A DNA stretch of 64,000 nucleotides from Lama guanicoe (lineage: Eukaryota): contig MU053352.1 of assembly GCA_013239625.1 (NCBI GenBank), positions 691,079-755,078 on the forward strand, written 5' to 3'. Shown in pieces: positions 1 through 14,070 of the stretch. Made by a program: the position numbers and the translations under genes. The notes below the pieces were generated by a model, which saw only the letters and a list, made by a program, of their open reading frames with translations, did no database searches and was not told the origin of the DNA. The first letter of the stretch is position 1; every line of letters starts with the position of its first letter.

Positions 1-100
1 GTGCTCTGGGAAAACAGGCCTTCGGATAGTTAGATTTTCAGAAGAAAATTTTAGGAACCCAATTTCTTGCATCTTCCCATACTTAGAAAGACACTAAAAT

Positions 101-341
101 TGTTAACTGAGATACATGTTCCTTGTGACAAGCAGCAACCTTCTACTGAGATGTGTGCTTGATTGCACATACCCCTTCTCCAAAATCACATATATACCTG
201 CCTCCCCTCTGCCCACCTCTTTGACCAGTTCCTCAGAACTCTCTAACAGCCTGTGTCCCCCAGGGCTATAGTCCTCAGTAAGTTCCCAAATAAAACTGAA
301 ACTCACAGCTCTCACATCATGCATTTTTATTTCAGTCGACA
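101..341 (+). mobile_element. Short solo LTR of an endogenous retrovirus
   Basis: TG...CA termini, TATA-like TATATA near 191, AATAAA near 288, possible 5-bp TSD aaaat/gaaat. Confidence 0.6.
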
Positions 342-1057
342 GAAATGATACAAAAATTAAAATTCACCCCCCAAATGAGGGGAGTATCTGGGTCCTAGCC
401 AATTTACTTATTTACCTATCAAACATTTATTTATGTGCTAGGCCCTGGTGATGCAGTGAGAAACAAGACCCCATCTTTGCTTTCTTGCCATGGAACCACA
501 AAACTAATGGGCTACTTAGTTTGATACTACTAATAGCCAGCAGTACTGACCTTACCCACGCACACTCCACACACTGTTTCTTTTGTTCCTCACAGCAGCC
601 TTATGAACGGTTTTGTTGATGATCTCCATTTTACAAATGGGTAGAGTAAAACTTTTGAAAGTTTACGTAATTTAATCATTTAATAAAAAGTTTTCAGATC
701 GCATGCTGATAGGTGGTGGAGCTGCAATTTACACCCAGGGGTTATTTCTCTGGAGATCTTAACACCCATCTTCATTGTTTCATTAATTCAACAAGCATCT
801 ATTAAGTGCCTACAATGATCCCAGGGACTGTCTTAGGGGTTGGGTCTGAGTAAGGGGTGAAGGTAGTAGAGGAAATGAACTCATACATGAAATCCCTCGT
901 CTGCCAGCCTTCTCCTCAGGTTCCCGTGGACAGGGAGTGACACAGAGGAGTTTCTAGTCTCACAAACCTAGATTCGAGTCCAGGCTCTAAGATAGAAAAG
1001 CAGCCCCTGATATCCAGGAGCTGACCTGACCCTCACAGGGAGGCCTTGGTGTTCTTC

Positions 1058-1532
1058 TGTTGAGCATAAAAATGTCACAGAACATCAACCTCAGACAAGA
1101 CCACTCTGTGACTGATGGGTCAGGACATTAACAAGACCTCCCGGTAATCACTCTGAACCAGACAAAACAAGAGCATTGTCCAAACCACAAAGATGACCAA
1201 GCATTTCCCTACCCTGGCTCACATCTATGTGATCTCTAGATCGCTCCTGCTTCACCAGTTACGGCTTTCATCTCAGTCTAGGCTTCCTTCCTCCTGGATA
1301 AGATTTATCAACAGACTCGATCATCATCAACAGCTTCCGATCCAGATGAAAACCCTGACTCCTTAAATCTTTCCCCAAATTACCTCACACAAGCAGAATC
1401 CTAAATGTCCTTTCTAAGACGAATGAGATGTCCCCTCATTCCCCATAGTTCACATCCCACCCTTCACTGTAACAAGTCAACTTGTTCAATCACGTGTGTG
1501 TTCCTCGTGGTCTTTGATTGGAAGGCATTGAA
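1058..1532 (+). mobile_element. Old ERV LTR-like element (family not resolved)
   Basis: Starts with TGT; about 470 bp; composition and 3' end (tgtgttcctcgtggtctttgattggaaggcattga) resemble eutherian ERV1-type LTRs. Confidence 0.45.
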
Positions 1533-2334
1533 AGTGCCTGTGCTCACTGCCTACATTGACTTTAGATAGCAGTTTGACCTCCAGAAGCCTGTTTCCTCAT
1601 CTGTTGAAATGGAAAGATTTATTCCAGAAGGTGGACGTGAGGATATGGAACAGGCTTAGCACTGAGTGAGCTCTGGGTGTACTTTAAAAAATTCCTGCTT
1701 GAGCTACTACCTCCTTTGGAAAGTCACAGAGCACCGTTATTACGAAAAGATATTGAAGCCATCAGCTTCAGTTAAGACAAACTTGCTGATTATATTCTCC
1801 TTTGTTCTTTTCTTGGGTTCAGGAGGCCAATTGAAGGCGAGAGTTCAACTTTTCCTTTGTCAGAAATGAGGTCATTCTCATGGTCTCGTCTGGAACGCAT
1901 TCCTAAAACTTTAAATGTTCAGGAACCAGCAATGTTTATTTCTTCATGTTCCTGCTATTAAAAATGTTCCCAAGAAATAACAGAATTGGAACTACCATAC
2001 ATGGACACACTTCAGCTTCAAAAACATAATAAGTAATATCTTCTCTGCTTAGCACACTAAGATACTTACAGACCCCAGAAGCCCTGTGGGTTATACTGCA
2101 GTTATACTGTTAGGACTCAGTGTGGATTTAATAGTATTTGATGCCTACAACAAATTGTGCTAAATTAAAAAAAATTCATTCTAGTGGGGGAAAATAAATA
2201 GAAATGTTCTGAATTCTTCTTCTGCTTGCTTTGAGCATCCCCAAGGGTTCTTGTTTTAATAGCCCTAACCTTCCTCCTGCTCCCTCACTTTCTCTCCCCT
2301 TACTCCTCTAATACTAATATTAACACTAATATTA

Positions 2335-2545
2335 ATAATGGCAGCTATTTATTGAATGTTTAGTAATATACCACACACTGTGCTGTGCTGTGCTAAGGGC
2401 TTTATGCAGCTTAATCCTCACCCCCAAATTCTGAAGCAAGTATTATTGCGTATGAGGTGCTAGAGGCTCAGAGAAGTTAAGCAACATACCCAAGGCCACA
2501 CAGCTGGTAAGAATCAGATGCATTTGGAATTCACCTACAAAACCT
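2335..2545 (-). mobile_element. MIR SINE; representative of many copies (also ~2920-3010, 6325-6640, 8940-9100, 13330-13480, 15570-15790, 17440-17580, 25350-25460, 50280-50380, 59520-59715)
   Basis: MIR core motifs gaggctcagagaagttaagcaac..cccaaggccacacagct and cctcagtttcctcatctg. Confidence 0.75.
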
Positions 2546-3039
2546 GCTCCTGTTAAAATGCTGCCTTGCCACCCTGGGCCAGAGTCTGTGAAGGGACAGA
2601 GGGAGGGATGGGGCTGGCAATAAGGAGAAGGCAGAGGCAAGGGGTGGTGGGAGTTCATGCAGAGGCAATCAGATCTTCTCCAGAGAGCAGAAGGGCGGGG
2701 TGGAGATTAGGAGCATAAGACAAGTGGAAGGCATTGCAGAGCCTCGGAGGGAGCGGGTACCTGAGTCACGGGGCTTTGGGCGCCAGGAAGCTTGAATAGT
2801 GGGAAAGGGCAAGTGATTAGGGGGAAGAAAAGTGTGATTAAGGAATAAAATAAATACATAAATTAACAAAGCTAATTACTCCCCCTCAAAAAAATAGTTC
2901 ATCAAGGAAAGAATTATCGGCCATTTTACAGAGGAGGAATCTGAAGCTCAGAGAGGTGAAGGAATGTGACTAACGTCACACAGCAAAGAAGCAGCACTGA
3001 ATTTTGTGCTTCCAAGTCCTGGAGGATGAGCTAGAAGTC

Positions 3040-3188
3040 AGGTTTCCAAATAAAATACAGGACACTCAATTAAATCTGAATTTTATATGAACAATGAATG
3101 GGACATATTTATACTAAAAATTAATTGTTGTTTATCTAAAATTTAAGTTTAAATTGATGACTATTTTCTTGCTAATTGAGCAATCCTA
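3040..3188. mobile_element. MER53-like hAT MITE
   Basis: AT-rich, partly palindromic sequence (aataaaatacaggacac...tgggacatatttatactaaaaa...gcaatccta) matching the MER53 consensus as I recall it. Confidence 0.65.
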
Positions 3189-3676
3189 GAGAGAGGTGAT
3201 GCTCATGGCCACGACAGTGAGAACCGGCAGAGGCCAGGACTGTGAGGTCCAGGAGAGAAGTTTGAGTGACAAGGTGACCCCCCTCTCATGTGTGAGGAGA
3301 AGGCCCAGGCACCAAGGTCAACTGTTTCCTGCCACTTCCTACCTGGCCACTAGGAGGCAGCCGAGGTCTGCACAGCTCCTGGCGGTGTGACTGGAAACTC
3401 CCAGGGCTTGGAGGCAACGAAGACCTAAAGGGACCAAGCTCCTTAGACTCTCAATTTTCCCCCACGTTGCAACCCATCTGTTCACCTCTAGCCCCTTCCA
3501 CCTCAGGAAATCGCCCCACCCTTTGTCCATCCGGGATCAGATAAGAAACCTGCAAATTTTTTTCTTCCTCAAGACTAGATACAATTTGCATAAACAAAAA
3601 AGTCTGAAGTCTTCAGTTACATGAATTTTTACCTATGAACTCACCTGTGTAAACACCACACAGGTCAAGATACAGA

Positions 3677-3970
3677 CCGCTGTTCAATACAGTTGTCTCT
3701 ATCCTCATGTGGCTACTGAGCGCTTGAAATGTGAGATGTGCAGTGAGTATAAAATATACACCGATTTCAAGGACTTAGTATGAAAAAAGAATGTAAAATA
3801 GTTCATTAATAATTTTAAAATCTTGATCATATGCTGAAATAATGCTTTGCACATGGATTACATAAATATATCATTAAAATTGATTTTACCTGTTTCTTTC
3901 ATTTTTTAAACTGTGGCTAGAAATTTTTAAGTTGCATTTATGGCTTGCATTAGAGTTTTGTTCAGCACTG
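3677..3970 (-). mobile_element. MER33-like hAT-Charlie DNA transposon
   Basis: atgtggctactgagcgcttgaaatgtg...aggacttagtatgaaaaaagaatgtaaaata matches the reverse of the MER33 consensus as I recall it. Confidence 0.7.
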
Positions 3971-4499
3971 GTGTAGACAGAAAATGATTTATTTACATGT
4001 AAAATAGGGACTCGAAGGGTGGAATCATTGGCTGATGTTTACACTGCCCATTGGCAGCAGAGTGGTATAGAATATTGGGTCAGACTGAACCCTGAGCCCA
4101 TGACTCCCACAGTGCCTGCCCCCTAAACCCCCCTGGCCTTAATGGACTGCCACTTGACCTCTTTCAGTGACATACATCTTTGAGATGTCAATCAATCCTC
4201 AGTGGGGACCTAAAGTACATTCGCCCATCCTGGGTGTTGGGGAGGAGGGCTTCCTGGAGGAGGTGACTCAACCAACACTTATAGGAACAAGCCCAGGTGA
4301 AGAGGAAAATACTTTAGGTAAAGGGAACAGCCTGGTGATTGAAGAAACGAATTAGCTCTGTGTGGCTGGAGCAGAGAAGTGGGGATCTGGTGAGGTCAGC
4401 TGGGCCCAGATCCTGCAGGTCATGACAGGCTTTAAAGGCCAGAGAGGATCAGGGGACAAACCTGGCCAGGCTTGTGTTTTAGAAAGATCAGGCCTGGTG

Positions 4500-4946
4500 C
4501 TGCTGCTGTTTGGAAAATTCTTATTCTGAGAGAGAAAATGAGAGCCAGGGAGGCAAAGAGCAGCCCTCCAGAATCTGCAGCAGCTTTGGAGGGGAGGCTA
4601 CTGTCTTCCTGGGCAACTTCCAACCAATGACTGGGCACAGCCAGGGCGCTAGGGTCTGGCCATTTCTGCCCAACTGGGGCTCTTCGATGGGCAGTCTTAG
4701 CCCCAGAGCTCCCTGCTGACTGGCTGAGACGTTCTCAGAGCAGCACTGCGGTGTGAGGCTCTTCTTCTCCAGAACCTGCTTTCCGTCTCCTCTCTCCCCT
4801 AGATGTCAGACCCGCAGCAGCCTGGAGGCTTTCCCTGCCCAGTCCTGCTTCTTCTCCCTTTATCATTCACAGGTATTTCCTCCAATAAATCCCTTGCACT
4901 TCTAACTTCTTCAGGATGGCAGCTTCCTAGGGGACCCAACTGACAG
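4500..4946 (+). mobile_element. LTR16-like ERVL LTR relic
   Basis: The 3' end ccaataaatcccttgcacttctaac...cttcctaggggacccaactgaca is typical of the LTR16 family. Confidence 0.6.
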
Positions 4947-5554
4947 CCAGGCCCGAGTTCCTCTGGGCTGCCAGACCCCTTACCCCCAGGGGATGCCTTC
5001 CCTCTCCATCTGCTGGCTTGAGCATTCTCTGTCCCCCTTCCCCTCCTCTCTCTGTCCAGGGCCTTGCCCTGTGCCTGTCACATAGTAGACTCTCAGTAAC
5101 CATTTGTTTTTGAACAAACACAGAATGCTCTGGAGCTAGGCACTGCCTGCACCATTCTCCTGGCACAGAGAGCTGCAGGGAGCCCTCGGGTGTCAGGTGG
5201 CGGGGGGCAGGAGGGCCAGCTCCAAGGGGTGGAGGGACATCATCCCTCAGGCAGTGGGGAGGAAGGCCCTGATGTGGGGAGGTTCTCGGGGAGCTGAGAC
5301 TCTCCCAGGGCCAGGGGTGGCCCTCCCCACAGGCCAGGAGGCACCTAACCTGGCTTCTCCCCTGATCTGCTGTGACTCCCAGCAAGTCACTTCTCTTCAG
5401 GGATCTCACTCCATCCATCTCCACAATGGGATGATAAGCCTTGCCCTGCCTGTATCCCCAGGGAGGGACAAGGGTTGTGAGGGTCAGATGAGGTCATGGC
5501 TGGGAAAATGTGAACAGGAAAGGGCAGGGTTCACTGGGTCCTGGGTCAGGGTGT

Positions 5555-5945
5555 GGAGGGGGGAGAGACAGAAAGGGAGGAAGAGAAAAGAATTAGGAGA
5601 GAGAGAGACACATGTGTGCACGTGTGTACACACACAAAGGAACAAAGAACAGAGTAAAACACGAGATAGAGGAAGAGGAAATGAATGAGAGAGAGAGACA
5701 GTAAAGGAAGGGCCTCAGGGAAAAACTGTAAAGAGGAAAAGAGGAGAGAAAGAGAAAGGAAGAAAGAAATGGAGGGAGGGAATGAGATGGTGCATCTTGG
5801 AGACAGAGAAAGGTGGAGAGACGGAGGCATGGGGGAGACAGAAAGAAATTATCAGAATCAGGGTCAGAGATGGAAAGAGACTATAGACTGCGAGGAATGA
5901 GAGAGGAGCCTGAAGGAGACAAAGTTCTGGGGACAGACAGAGACC
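5555..5945. repeat. GA-rich low-complexity tract
   Basis: Near-pure purine runs of (GA)n and GGAA type. Confidence 0.75.
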
Positions 5946-8352
5946 TGCAGGGATAAACAGTAGAAAGGGTGGGAGGAGGGAAGACCTTATCTCCCGACCA
6001 CCACCCCACGCTCCCCACTGTGCACCCAGCTGGGGTGGGGACCCAGAGGAAAGCCTCGGGCCCCCTCTGTCTGCAGGGCCAACTTGTCCAGTCCTGTCCT
6101 GTTGGTTTGGCTCCTAGTAGCCTCTGCTCCCAGGCAGCTGAGGGGCACCTGGGCAGGAGGCGGGGCACCTGGGTGGGAGGCGGGGCTCCTGTAGGCTGAC
6201 CGACATGGCTGCCGCTTAATCTGAAGGGAAAACCAAGTGACACCCTCCCTCGAGGCCTAGGCAGTCCCCGGCCTGCCTCCCTTTGGGGCCCAGACAGGAA
6301 GAGACATCAAAGGTCAGCTCCACTGTACAGAGGAGGAAACTGAGGCCCAAAGAGGCAGGAACAAACCTGCAGTCACATAGCCAGGTGGTGGCCTAACCAG
6401 GACTAGCTGTCTCAGATGCTGTGGCCCCAAAACCTTTGGGACGTGCTTTCTCCTGGGGACACTGAGTCCAGTCCAGGGGTGTCCTGAGCCTTCAGGGACA
6501 GTGTTTCGGATGCCAACATCTTGCAAAGTGACTGCTGTGATTATGCCCATGATGTAGATGAGGAGACTGGGGCTCAGAGAAGTTAAGACTTCTAAGCCTG
6601 AGGTCACACAGTGCCAGGACCCAAGCTAGGTCTGTCTGACCTTGAAAGTTAGGTTCCTGCCATGGTACCTCCCAGCCTCCCCAGGTTGTCGCCCGCAGGG
6701 AAGGGCTCTGTCACATGGAAAAGGAGGGCAGAGGTGGGTGGCAGTTCCTACAGCTGGAGAAAATTACCAGCATGATGGTTTCCAAACATCAGAATTCTTC
6801 CCAGAGGGACCCATCTTTGTTCATTCTCTGTCTTTGGGAAGCCCAGGTGGCCCTCCCCTTCTGGCCACCACTCACTCTACCCAACACCCTCCTTCCCAGC
6901 CTCTGGAGAGAAGGAGTTTGGCTCCTGGGCTACCCTCCCCCTCTCTCCCTTCTCTTCATTGTCCCCAGCCATGACCTTTGGAGCCACAGGCCCAGGCCGG
7001 TGCTGAAGCCACAAAGACGGGTCTTCCTCACCCTGCACAGGGGGCTCCCCTTCCCCAGCTCTGCCCTTGGCTCTGCCTCAGTGGGGCTCATCTTCCTGGA
7101 GGAGACTCAGATGGAGATTGGGAGGATGCTGGGGGAGCAGTAGGTTGATGGGCACGACAGACAGACGAGATACTATTCCAGCCGGCCCTGACCTCTCATC
7201 AAAGCCCCCAAGAGCTGCACTCCCAGCCTCAAAGCCCTCCCCAGCTGGAGCCCGACTGCCACCTGAGGTTCCCTCACCCTCACTGGTGCTCAGTTTCTTG
7301 ATCTGCACTTTGGTTCTAAGTACCCGACCTCGCTGGATGGCTAGAAGTTGAATAATACACCAGCTTTGAGACACAGGAACATCTGCTGGGTGTAGCCCCT
7401 CCCTGATGGAGAGACCCACACACTGTATCTCTTGAGGGACACATGATGCCTGCTGTGTCTCCCCACAAACCCCCGCCAAGGTGGCTACAGTCCGAGGACG
7501 GAGGAGGCTGCTGACCCAGCCCCCTGGGCCACCTCTGTTCCTCTGGGGACCACAGTCCCTTCAAGCCCAGAGCATCAGCATTGTCCTCTGTTGCTCCCAA
7601 GCCTACAATGACTGTGTCTTCCACATCTATTAGACCAGGAAGGCAGCTGCTGCGCCAGGCCCTTCCTCGGAGTCCCAGGAAGTGGGAAGCCCTGGGGCAT
7701 TGCCCCCTGAACATGCTGAGTGCCTTTCTGAGAACCAAGATTGGGCAGGGGAAGCAACCTAGGTGGCCAGGGGATGTACGCCCCCTTTCCCAGAACCCTC
7801 AGAGCTCCTGGGGGGCAGGGTGGCCACAGAGCCCCAGCCCTGCCCTCATCTCTTTACCCAGATTTGGCTGAGACTCATGGCCCTCTGCCAGCTTCACAGA
7901 GGTGGTTGTGGTGGCCACCTCTGGGGTGGGGGGATGAGGACCAATTCTGGGAGCCTCCTCGGACGCCCTGAACCCCCCTCTTCCCTCCTCAAAGAGATTC
8001 AGATCCCCCTCCTGGCCCTCGCCCCCAGGGCCCAGGGCTTTGGTTCCTGCGTCCCCATCCAGGCGGGGCTGGCGGCAGGTGACTGGAAGGCGTGGAGAAA
8101 CGCAGGCTGAGTTGGGGCGTGGGCCCTGGCAAGTGCACTCCTTGGCCAATCAGCAGGCTGCCCAGCCGGTGGATTCAGTTACAAGCCCCAGATCACCCCA
8201 TACTCCAGCCTCCTTCCTTCTCCTCCCAAACCTCCATTCATTGGCCCTGCTGCACCGGCTCGGCTGGGCGCCGTTTCCACTCAGCTGCTGAGCTGCTGCC
8301 CCGTGGGTAGGCTTCCCGGGGGCTTTGTCTGATTGGGTTAGGCCAGGGTGGA

Positions 8353-11300
8353 ATGGGGGTTCTGGTGGTGCTGTTGGAGGTGCTGAGCTTCCTGGGGGTG
8401 GCTCTGGGGAGCCTCCCTGCCCTCCACTGGGACAGCACCTCCTGCCACTTGGCCAACCCCATCTCCGGCAGCCCCTTGGGGTCCCTTAGCTTCCTGGGTA
8501 AGGATGCACAGGGCCTGGCCCTGTTCCATGCCCGCTGGGATGGGCACGGGAAGCTGCAGGTGTGCAGCCAGGAGGATGAGCCAGAGCTCACTGCAGCCTT
8601 CGGTGCCCTTTGTGCTGATGAGATCACCCGGGGCTCCTTCATCCACACCCCTGGACCTGAGCTGCAGAGAGCCCTGGCCAGCCTTCAGAGTCAGTGGGAG
8701 GCCTGCCGAGGGTCTGCCAAGAGTCCAGCAGGGGCCAGAGAGAAGCGAGCAGCAGGGCAGAGTGGCACATCTGGCATAGGGCACCAGCGGGTGAAGAGGG
8801 GCTGGACCATGCCTGGCACACTGTGGTGTGGAGTCGGGGACTCCGCCGGGAACTCATCGGAACTGGGTGAGCCATGGGGGTGTGGACTGGGGTGCTGGCT
8901 GGGGAGGACGTGCAGACTTTAGCCCTGGCACCCGCTCTCCCAGGCTGTGTGTCCTGAGGAAGTGACTTAACCACTCTGAACCTCAGTTTCCTTATATGAA
9001 AAGTGGGGATGACCATAAATCTCATCATAAGATGCCTAAATGAGATTTTAGATGGGAAATGTCCTACTCAAACCTGGGAGTCCTCATTAATCACCATTCC
9101 AGGGAGGGGCAGGCTGGGGTGGGTCCAGGATCAGCTGAGCCAAAAAGCCATTACTCGAGAGGAGGCGTTACGGGCACAGGGTGCCCAGTGGAGTGGACAC
9201 AAAGACCCAAAGGCCTAGGTTCAAATTAGAGCTCCGCGCATCCAAACTGAACAAGCCACTTCCCCGCTCTGAACTGTACAATTAAAGCAACACCTCCTTC
9301 CCAGGGCTGTGGTGCACTTGGGTGTGGGAAGTGCCAGGCATTTAGGAGATGCTCAGTAAAGGGTGTTATTGTTCGGCGGTTGAAAAACACGGATGGCTTT
9401 TTTGCATCCTTGGTGCAGCTGTCTGTGCGTATGCATGGAGCACTGGGTGGGGGGACTTGGCACCTGAGCTGGAGCAGGTTGGCATCCTGACAACGCCTCA
9501 TCGTGCCAGTGAGGTTACTCCCTGCTGTCTGCCATTCCATTCCACACACATTCAAAACTTTGGAGTTTTTTGGGGGGTGTGAGCCCGAGAACTCAGGAAG
9601 ATCTTTCTGTGGGCAAGGGCTCCCGGGTGGGTGGTCTGGCACTTGGAGTCGCCCAGTAGAGGCTGAGCCAGGGTGTTCCTTTCAAGCTTTGAAACTGTGA
9701 GAATCCCACAGAGGGAGGCCTGAGGCCACCCACAGCATCTGTCAGGGCTGGGGCGAGAACCAGGTCTCTGCTCCCGACACCAGGTGAGCATAGCTGATGT
9801 GTGGTGCCCAGGACCCTCCTGAGCTGGTGCCCACTCCACTCCCTGCAGGGGTCTTCCAGGGCCCAGATCTCTGTTGCCGGGAACACGACCACTGCCCACA
9901 GAACGTCTCGCCCTTCCAGTACAACTATGGCATCCGAAACTACCGATTCCACACAGTCTCCCACTGTGACTGTGATGCCAGGTCGGTGGTGGGCAGGGAG
10001 GGCTGGGGCCCAAGATGGGGTTACCCAGTTCCTGGGTGCAGAGATTGGGATTCCAGAGAATGCTAAAGGACCAGCCAGCCAGACCCTACTGTGCAGTGGG
10101 AAAGCTGAGGCCTGAGAGGAGAGGGGACTCTTGGACCCCAAGTCACCTGGCTGGTGGTGACCAGGTGGCTTGGAAGAGGAGACAGCTAGCCCTCTGTGGT
10201 CCAGGGACCTGAGTGCCTGCTCTGGGGCAGATTCCAGCAGTGCCTGCAGAACCAGCAGGACTCCATCTCCGACATCGTGGGCATGGCCTTCTTCAACGTG
10301 CTGGCGATCCCTTGCTTCGTGCTGGAGGAGCAGGAGGCCTGTGTGGCATGGTACTGGTGGGGCGGGTACGTGGCTGTGCCTTTTGAACCCCTTCCCAGCC
10401 AGAGAGGGACGTGGGGCTCCAAGATGTGGGGAGGGAGGGAGGCCTGAACATATGTCTGTCCTCCAGGGAATGTGCATCATCCTCCCTGTCCTCTTCTCAG
10501 GGCAGGGGGATGCAGATCCTCCCTGGGTGCCCTGCATGACCTAGTAGGATGTGGGATGAGAGATGGGACTGGCAGAGCCCCAGTCTCCATAGAGATGAGC
10601 CCCGGGATTTCTGGGAGGGAGGATTCTGGGTTGCCAATTGCCACCATGTGCCACCTCCCAGGTGTAGAACGTATGGCTCTGTAACTCTCGCTCGTCTCCA
10701 GCCCAGTACCATCTACAATGCCTCCTGGAGCTCCTCTACCACCCCCTTGACCCCTAGCACCCAGAACCCAGCCCCCAGCAAGCCTCGGCGGATGCAGCGG
10801 GAAGAGTCCAAGCACCCCAGCAAAGCCAACACCACAGCCCTTCAGGCCCCTGTGACCTCACCTGGGCCTGATATGGCACCTATGGCCCAGCTGAAGGTCA
10901 CACATACAGGCCTCCAGGAACCATGGCAGGGCTTAAAACCTCAGGGTGAGCTCAGAACCTAACCTTGGGGGTTCCTGATGTGAGGAGTTGCCCCTGCCTT
11001 TGTGGAGGGCCAGAGGACTCTGTGTTGTTTCCTTTCCTGCTCTGAACTCCTTCCAGGGTCTCCCAACCTCTCCCACCAAATCACGATGCTGCCAGAGGGA
11101 TTTTCTTAAGCTCCAAACTTGGCCATGGCTCTCCTCGCTGAGCCCCCATTGTAATGTCCCAACACCCAGAGGTCCTTGGGTGCTGGTCCTACAGACCCTA
11201 CTTCCCAGTCAAATCTCCAGTTTCACCAACTTCATTTGATTCCTCTAAAGCAGCTTTCTCTCTCCCACCTCTGGGCCTTTGCACATGCTGTTCCTGCCGC

Positions 11301-12722
11301 CGGGAGCACTCTCCCTGACTCTTCCTCTCTCATAGCCTCTGCCTTCTTTTCTGACCACTCTTTGGGCTTCCCCCGTGGTGATGCTGCTGTGTGTGTGTGT
11401 ATGTGTCCCACACATGAGGCACTCTGAGGGCACAAAGGGCATGAGACGGAGGGACACCATGTGTGAGACTGAGCATGTGTGCTGAATGGCAGGGGGCATC
11501 GGTGGGGCCTCACTGGGTGATGGGGCTCCCCTCACCACCACACCTGTCCCCAGGTGCCCACCAGGCCTGCCGTGGCTTCCGCCGTTTGGACCAGTGTGAG
11601 CACCAGATCGGGCCCCAGGAGACCAAATTCCAGCTCTTCAATAGTGCCCATGAACCCCTCTTCCACTGCAACTGCACACGCCGGTGAGGACGGCTTGGAC
11701 CCGGGGGTGGGCTGCCTTCTGCCAGGCACTGGGAAGGGACACCTGGCTGGCAAGGCCCTGCCCCAGCCTGAGTCTGCTTCTGTCCTCAGCCTGGCACACT
11801 TCCTGAGGCTCCACAGCCCACCCGCAGGTGCCAGTGTGCTTTGGGAGCTGCTGGGCATGACTTGTTTCAAGCTGGTCCTGCCACCCGACTGTGCTGAGGG
11901 CAAAGGGTAAGTGACAGCAGAGCCAGGAGGGATGGGGGATTCCTCTGAGGAGGGGTGCCTAGACTCCCTTCGTGAACCTCAGGCCGAGGGGGTGGGGGAG
12001 GGGATCAGGGGACCTCTGAGCTCCACTGTCAGCCCTGGGTTCAGCTCTGCAGTTGGCGCACGTAGGTGGCATCTTGACTCTGTCACTTACATCCTGTGTG
12101 ACCTTGCAAGTTGAATCACCTCTCCACATCTCTGCAACCTTACCCGTAAAATGGGGGTAGAAGCCAAGGAAATAGCAGATGTGATGTGCACAGGCCAAGG
12201 CCTGCAGGACACAGAGTAAAACACTTGCATTAACTCTTGCTCCTAATCCACAATCTCATTTCCATTCTGATTCTCAAAGCCACTCCCTTGTTACTTCTCC
12301 TGTTTCACAGGTTGGGAAACCAAGGCCCAGACTGGTCTGGGTTTCTGCAGAACCTGGGCCTCTGGATGCCAGCTCAGGTTTATTCTGCCTTCTTGGAGGG
12401 ATAACCCACCCTGCCCTGCTCCTCTCTGGGTCCTTGTCACCCTGTATGCAGAGTAGCGTGGGATTCTTGGCAGTCATGACCTCCTGCCCCACTTTTCTTT
12501 CCCCACAGCTGTTCCAGGGACCTTAGGGCCATCAAGGTGTCAACTCGGCACTTGCAGCGACTTCAGCAGAGGTGGGTTCAGCTCCAGGGTACAGGCACAG
12601 ACAACGGGCAGGCATGGCCTTCAGAGCACCCAAGGGCCCCCGTGTCATTCCACGACCGGTGCCTGCAGCTGACCCAGGCAGCCAGAGGATCTGAGGGGCA
12701 GCTCAAATCCCAGAACCAGTGA
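8353..12722 (+). CDS. PLA2G3: Group III secreted phospholipase A2, 7 coding exons, 508 aa
   Basis: Exons 8353-8866, 9849-9981, 10231-10365, 10662-10945, 11554-11683, 11790-11906, 12509-12722. All introns are GT-AG with consistent phases; total 1527 nt. Signal peptide [23 protein letters not shown] basic site before the sPLA2 domain, Ca-loop WCGVG, catalytic [10 protein letters not shown], bee-venom-type HCDCD. Confidence 0.97.
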
Positions 12723-13785
12723 CCTCAGTTCCAGCTCTCCTGGGTCCCAGACTGGACCTCACCTCTGGCTTTGCCAGGCCCTGGAGGTCTTGACCTCTCA
12801 TGTGTTAGACTGAAGCATGCCATGGGCTCTTGTGAACAGTCAGGAAGCTGTATGGAGAGGGTAGGGGACCAAGGCCCAAGTGCTGGACCACGTTTCCTGC
12901 TCTGCTGGGTGATCTTGGGCTGGTGATGCAACCTCTCTGTGCTTGGATATGGTATTCAGGAGGCTCATTCTGCTGCCCTGGGCTGGGGCCTTCCCAGGGA
13001 ACTTCACATCCAGATGGGAATGGGGAGGGGATAACTTATTGCAGCAGCCACAGCAGGTACCAGGAGGAGGTACACATATGTCCACGTTGTGAAATTAATT
13101 CATATCTCAAGGACTTGCCCAGCGGGGGCTCAGTGCCTGCCTTCTGAGGCTGGGGGCAGCAGTGGGGAATAAGGGCTGTCACAGAAGTACCTGTGTCTGA
13201 ATCCAGAATGGGGTGCAGGGCTAGAGAGGGGCTTCCCAACTCCCCTCCTCCCCAGGGGACCCTTTCTCTTAACAGCTGCTATGCCCTTTCTGGCCCAGCC
13301 CTGGCCCATTCTTTCTGCCCGAAACCTAACTTCAGATCTCCTCTGTGCCTTTGAGCAAGAGACCTCCTTCTCCTGCTCTGAGCCTTAGTTTCCTCCTCTG
13401 AAAAAGGGGAGTGTAAACAGGACCTACCTCATAGGGTTGTTGAGGATTAAATGAACCAGTACCTGGACAGCACTTAGCACCTTGTTAATGGCCCCTCCCT
13501 CCAACACACAGGCAAACTGGGCTTAGGCATCTGATTTACAAAGGCTACCAAAAATCCCTTGGAGGCCTGTTTACTCACCTGTGGAATGGGGCTAAGAACT
13601 GTACTGAAAACACCACAATTCCGGGTTGTGGTGCAGATTAAAGGAGATGGCATGTGGAACGTGTACAGCTGGTGCCTGGTAACTGTTGGATCTGCCATCC
13701 TCTTGCCTCTTGAGCCCCTTCCTCTGACCGCCCCCACCCCAGACTGCTAACAAGTGAGGAAGGAGTCGGGAGTGAGCCTGGAGAA

Positions 13786-13791
13786 TTTAAT
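13786..13791 (-). terminator. Candidate poly(A) signal of INPP5J (ATTAAA)
   Basis: tttaat on the + strand, about 280 nt after the stop. Confidence 0.5.
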
Positions 13792-14070
13792 TCCTAATTG
13801 ATGACCTCCAGCTTTGCTCCCCCCATCCCAGATGGGAGCCTGGATAGGGCTTTGCTGATTGTCACAGTTGAGGTGCTGGGACCAAGTCTGGGGGACCCCA
13901 GTTGGCCACCTCTGGTCAGAACAGAGTGGCAGGTGCACATAAAGATGGAGCAACAGCAGGGGGGAGACAGGTGGGTTTGCAGAAGTTGGGGCAGAGTGGG
14001 GGCCACCTGGGCCCTCCTGCCCCCACCACCCTCAGGGCTCCAGGCCCCCTTCCTCTAGTCCCTGCCGACC

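Noticed and set aside
9593..10537. 314-aa minus-strand ORF
   Set aside because: It is the antisense shadow of PLA2G3 exons 2-3 in GC-rich DNA.
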